Assembly (NCBI GenBank): GCA_002189035.1
Contig: NEEC01000462.1
Span: 1-27,686, forward strand
Source: Utricularia gibba
Taxonomy: Eukaryota > Plantae > Magnoliophyta
Direction: 5' to 3'
DNA: 27,686 bases
Under the pieces are notes generated by a model, which saw only the letters and a program-made list of their open reading frames with translations, had not been told where the DNA came from and made no database searches. Position 1 is the first letter of the stretch. Each line of letters opens with the position of its first letter. This document shows, piece after piece, positions 24,795-27,686 of the stretch. A program made the translations under genes and the position numbers.

Positions 24795-27593
24795 AATCCT
24801 AACTTCAATAACTGCATCACGATTTTCGTCGAGTAGGACCCGATGTGGCAAAGGAGTCAGACCGAACCTTGGGTCAGAACGAAGTTCACAACGACATCAC
24901 CCGCCAAAACGACAAGCTTTTCCTTGAGAAAACATGTAGGCAGCCTATTAAACCAACGTTAATAAATGCATCAAGTTTTTTGCCGAGCTACAAATGACTA
25001 TGGGCCCGAGCTCGACTCGACCTCCTGCTCGATACCGTTGCCCCACGAGAGCGCCTTATCAAATATAAAGCATGCGGTTGAGAAAACCATTTTGGGTGCT
25101 CATGAATCCTAACTTCAATAACTGCATCACGATTTTCGTCGAGTAGGACCCGATGTGGCAAAGGAGTCAGACCGAACCTTGGGTCAGAACGAAGTTCCAA
25201 CGACATCACCCGCCCAAAAACGACAAGCTTTTCCTTGAGAAAACATGTAGGCAGCCTATTAAAAAACCAACGTTAATAAATGCATCAAGTTTTTTGCCGA
25301 GCTACAAATGACTATGGGCCCGAGCTCGACTCGACCTCCTGCTCGATACCGTTGCCCCACGAGAGCGCCTCCTCAAATATAAAGCATGCGGTTGAGAAAA
25401 CCATTTTGGGTGCTCATGAATCCTAACTTCAATAACTGCATCACGATTTTCGTCGAGTAGGACCCGATGTGGCAAAGGAGTCAGACCGAACCTTGGGTCG
25501 AACGAAGTTCCCAACGACATCACCCGCCAGAAACGACAAGCTTTTCCTTGAGAAACATGTAGGCAGCCTAATAAGCCAACGTTAATAAATGCATCAATTT
25601 TTGCCGGGCTACAAATGACTCTGGGCCCGAGCTCGACTCGACCTCCTGCTCGATACCGTTGCCCCACGAGAGCGCCTTATCAAATATAAAGCATGCGGTT
25701 GAGAAAACCATTTTGGGTGCTCATGAATCCTAACTTCAATAACTGCATCACGATTTTCGTCGAGTAGGACCCGATGTGGCAAAGGAGTCAGACCGAACCT
25801 TGGGTCAGAACGAAGTTCACAACGACATCACCCGCCCAAAAACGACAAGCTTTTCCTTGAGAAAACATGTAGGCCTATTAAAACCCAACGTTAATAAATG
25901 CATCAAGTTTTTTGCCGAGCTACAAATGACTATGGGCCCGAGCTCGACTCGACCTCCTGCTCGATACCGTTGCCCCACGAGAGCGCCTCCTCAAATATAA
26001 AGCATGCGGAGAAAACCATTTTGGGTGCTCATGAAATCCTAACTTCAATAACTGCATCACGATTTTCGTCGAGTAGGACCGATTTGGCAAAGGAGACAGA
26101 CCGAACCTTGGGTCAGAACGAAGTTCCACAACGACATCACCCGCCCAAAAACGACAAGCTTTTCCTTGAGAAAACCATGTAGGCAGCCTATTAAAACCAA
26201 CGTTAATAAATGCATCAAGTTTTTTGCCGAGCTACAAATGACTATGGGCCCGAGCTCGACTCGACCTCCTGCTCGATACCGTTGCCCCACGAGAGCCTCC
26301 TCAAATATAAAGCATGCGGTTGAGAAAACCATTTTGGGTGCTCATGAATCCTAACTTCAATAACTGCATCACGATTTTCGTCGAGTAGGACCCGATGTGG
26401 CAAAGGAGTCAGACGAACCTTGGGTCCGAACGAAGTTCCCAACGACATCACCCGCCAGAAACGACAAGCTTTTCCTTGAGAAACTATGTAGGCAGCCTAA
26501 TAACCGAACGTTAATAAATGCATCAATTTTTTGCCGGGCTACAAATGACTCTGGGCCCGAGCTCGACTCGACCTCCTGCTCGATACCGTTGCCCCACGAG
26601 AGCGCCTATCAAATATAAAGCATGCGGTTGAGAAAACCATTTTGGGTGCTCATGAATCCTAACTTCAATAACTGCATCACGATTTTCGTCGAGTAGGACC
26701 CGATGTGGCAAAGGAGTCAGACCGAACCTTGGGTCAGAACGAAGTTCACAACGACATCACCCGCCCAAAACGACAAGCTTTTCCTTGAGAAAACCATGTA
26801 GGCAGCCTATTAAAACCAACGTTAATAAATGCATCAAATTTTTTTGCCGAGCTACAAATGACTATGGGCCCGAGCTCGACTCGACCTCCTGCTCGATACC
26901 GTTGCCCCACGAGAGCACCTTATCAAATATAAAGCATGCGGTTGAGAAAACCATTTTGGGTGCTCATGAATCCTAACTTCAATAACTGCATCACGATTTT
27001 CGTCGAGTAGGACCCGATGTGGCAAAGGAGTCAGACCGAACCTTGGGTCAGAACGAAGTTCACAACGACATCACCCGCCCAAAAACGACAAGCTTTTCCT
27101 TGAGAAAACATGTAGGCAGCCTATTAAAAACCAACGTTAATAAATGCATCAAGTTTTTTGCCGAGCTACAAATGACTATGGGCCCGAGCTCGACTCGACC
27201 TCCTGCTCGATACCGTTGCCCCACGAGAGCGCCTCCTCAAATATAAAGCATGCGGTTGAGAAAACCATTTTGGGTGCTCATGAATCCTAACTTCAATAAC
27301 TGCATCACGATTTTCGTCGAGTAGGACCCGATGTGGCAAAGGAGTCAGACGAACCTTGGGTCCGAACGAAGTTCCCAACGACATCACCCCGCCAGAAACG
27401 ACAAGCTTTTCCTTGAGAAACTATGTAGGCAGCCTAATAAACCGAACGTTAATAAATGCATCAATTTTTTTGCCGGCTACAAATGACTCTGGGCCCGAGC
27501 TCGACTCGACCTCCTGCTCGATACCGTTGCCCACGAGAGCGCCTTATCAAATATAAAGCATGCGGTTGAGAAAACCATTTTGGGTGCTCATGA

Positions 27594-27686
27594 TATCCTA
27601 ACTTCAATAACTGCATCACGATTTTCGTCGAGTAGGACCCGATGTGGCAAAGGAGTCAGACCGAACCTTGGGTCAGAACGAAGTTC
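27594..27686. repeat. Partial monomer (copy 90) cut by the window edge; array presumably continues
   Basis: First 93 bp of the monomer consensus, ending at GAACGAAGTTC. Confidence 0.95.

Larger units (their letters stand above)
1..27686. repeat. Tandem satellite DNA array, ~310-313 bp monomer, 89 full copies + 1 partial, single orientation
   Basis: The motif (A)ATCCTAACTTCAATAACTGCATCACGATTTTCGTCGAGTAGGACC recurs at 1, 315, 624, 936, 1249, 1564, 1876, 2188 ... 26969, 27283, 27594; mean spacing (27594-1)/89 = 310 bp. No non-repeat sequence or inverted copy seen. Each typical monomer has one HindIII (AAGCTT), one SphI (GCATGC) and one NsiI (ATGCAT) site. Confidence 0.99.

Noticed and set aside
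15551-26346. Possible 10-monomer periodicity of A-like copies (51/61, 65/75/85, 68/78)
   Set aside because: Intervening copies do not match class for class, and class calls in this region are blurred by deletions at diagnostic sites.
23-27556. All ORFs in the six-frame track (60-204 aa)
   Set aside because: They are overlapping translations of the same repeat on both strands (e.g. GAHEILTSITASRFSSSRTR, MPHRVLLDENRDAVIEVRIHEH), with frames set by random homopolymer indels, no recognisable domain and no consistent start or stop.
1-27686. CRISPR array or repeat-spacer system
   Set aside because: There are no unique spacers; the whole 310-bp unit repeats, and there are no cas-like genes.
1-27686. 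Density of 6-bp palindromes (AAGCTT, AACGTT, ATGCAT, GGGCCC, GAGCTC, GCATGC, TCATGA)
   Set aside because: About 7 per monomer against ~5 expected at random (312/64); not a convincing excess.

Overview
The whole 27,686-bp window is one uninterrupted head-to-tail tandem satellite array: by manual count 89 complete monomers of ~310 bp (typically ~304-315 bp, one 273-bp deletion copy) plus a 93-bp partial copy, all in the same orientation, ~47% GC. I find no credible protein-coding gene, RNA gene, transposon or CRISPR array; every ORF in the track is a translation of the repeat. The interesting content is structural: (1) each ~312-bp monomer is an old, diverged dimer of two ~156-bp subunits; (2) monomers fall into four variant classes (A, B, C, D) that form local higher-order repeats (A-D dimers, A-B-C-D 4-mers of ~1.24 kb, B-C dimers); (3) allele composition changes near 16-16.8 kb, where a ~40-bp deletion monomer sits; (4) single-base losses cluster exactly at polymorphic sites, a signature of a noisy long-read/collapsed consensus that limits how far fine variant patterns can be trusted. 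Most likely eukaryotic (plausibly plant) centromeric/pericentromeric or subtelomeric satellite DNA; I cannot identify species or family from sequence alone, and I see no evidence of a new gene system.
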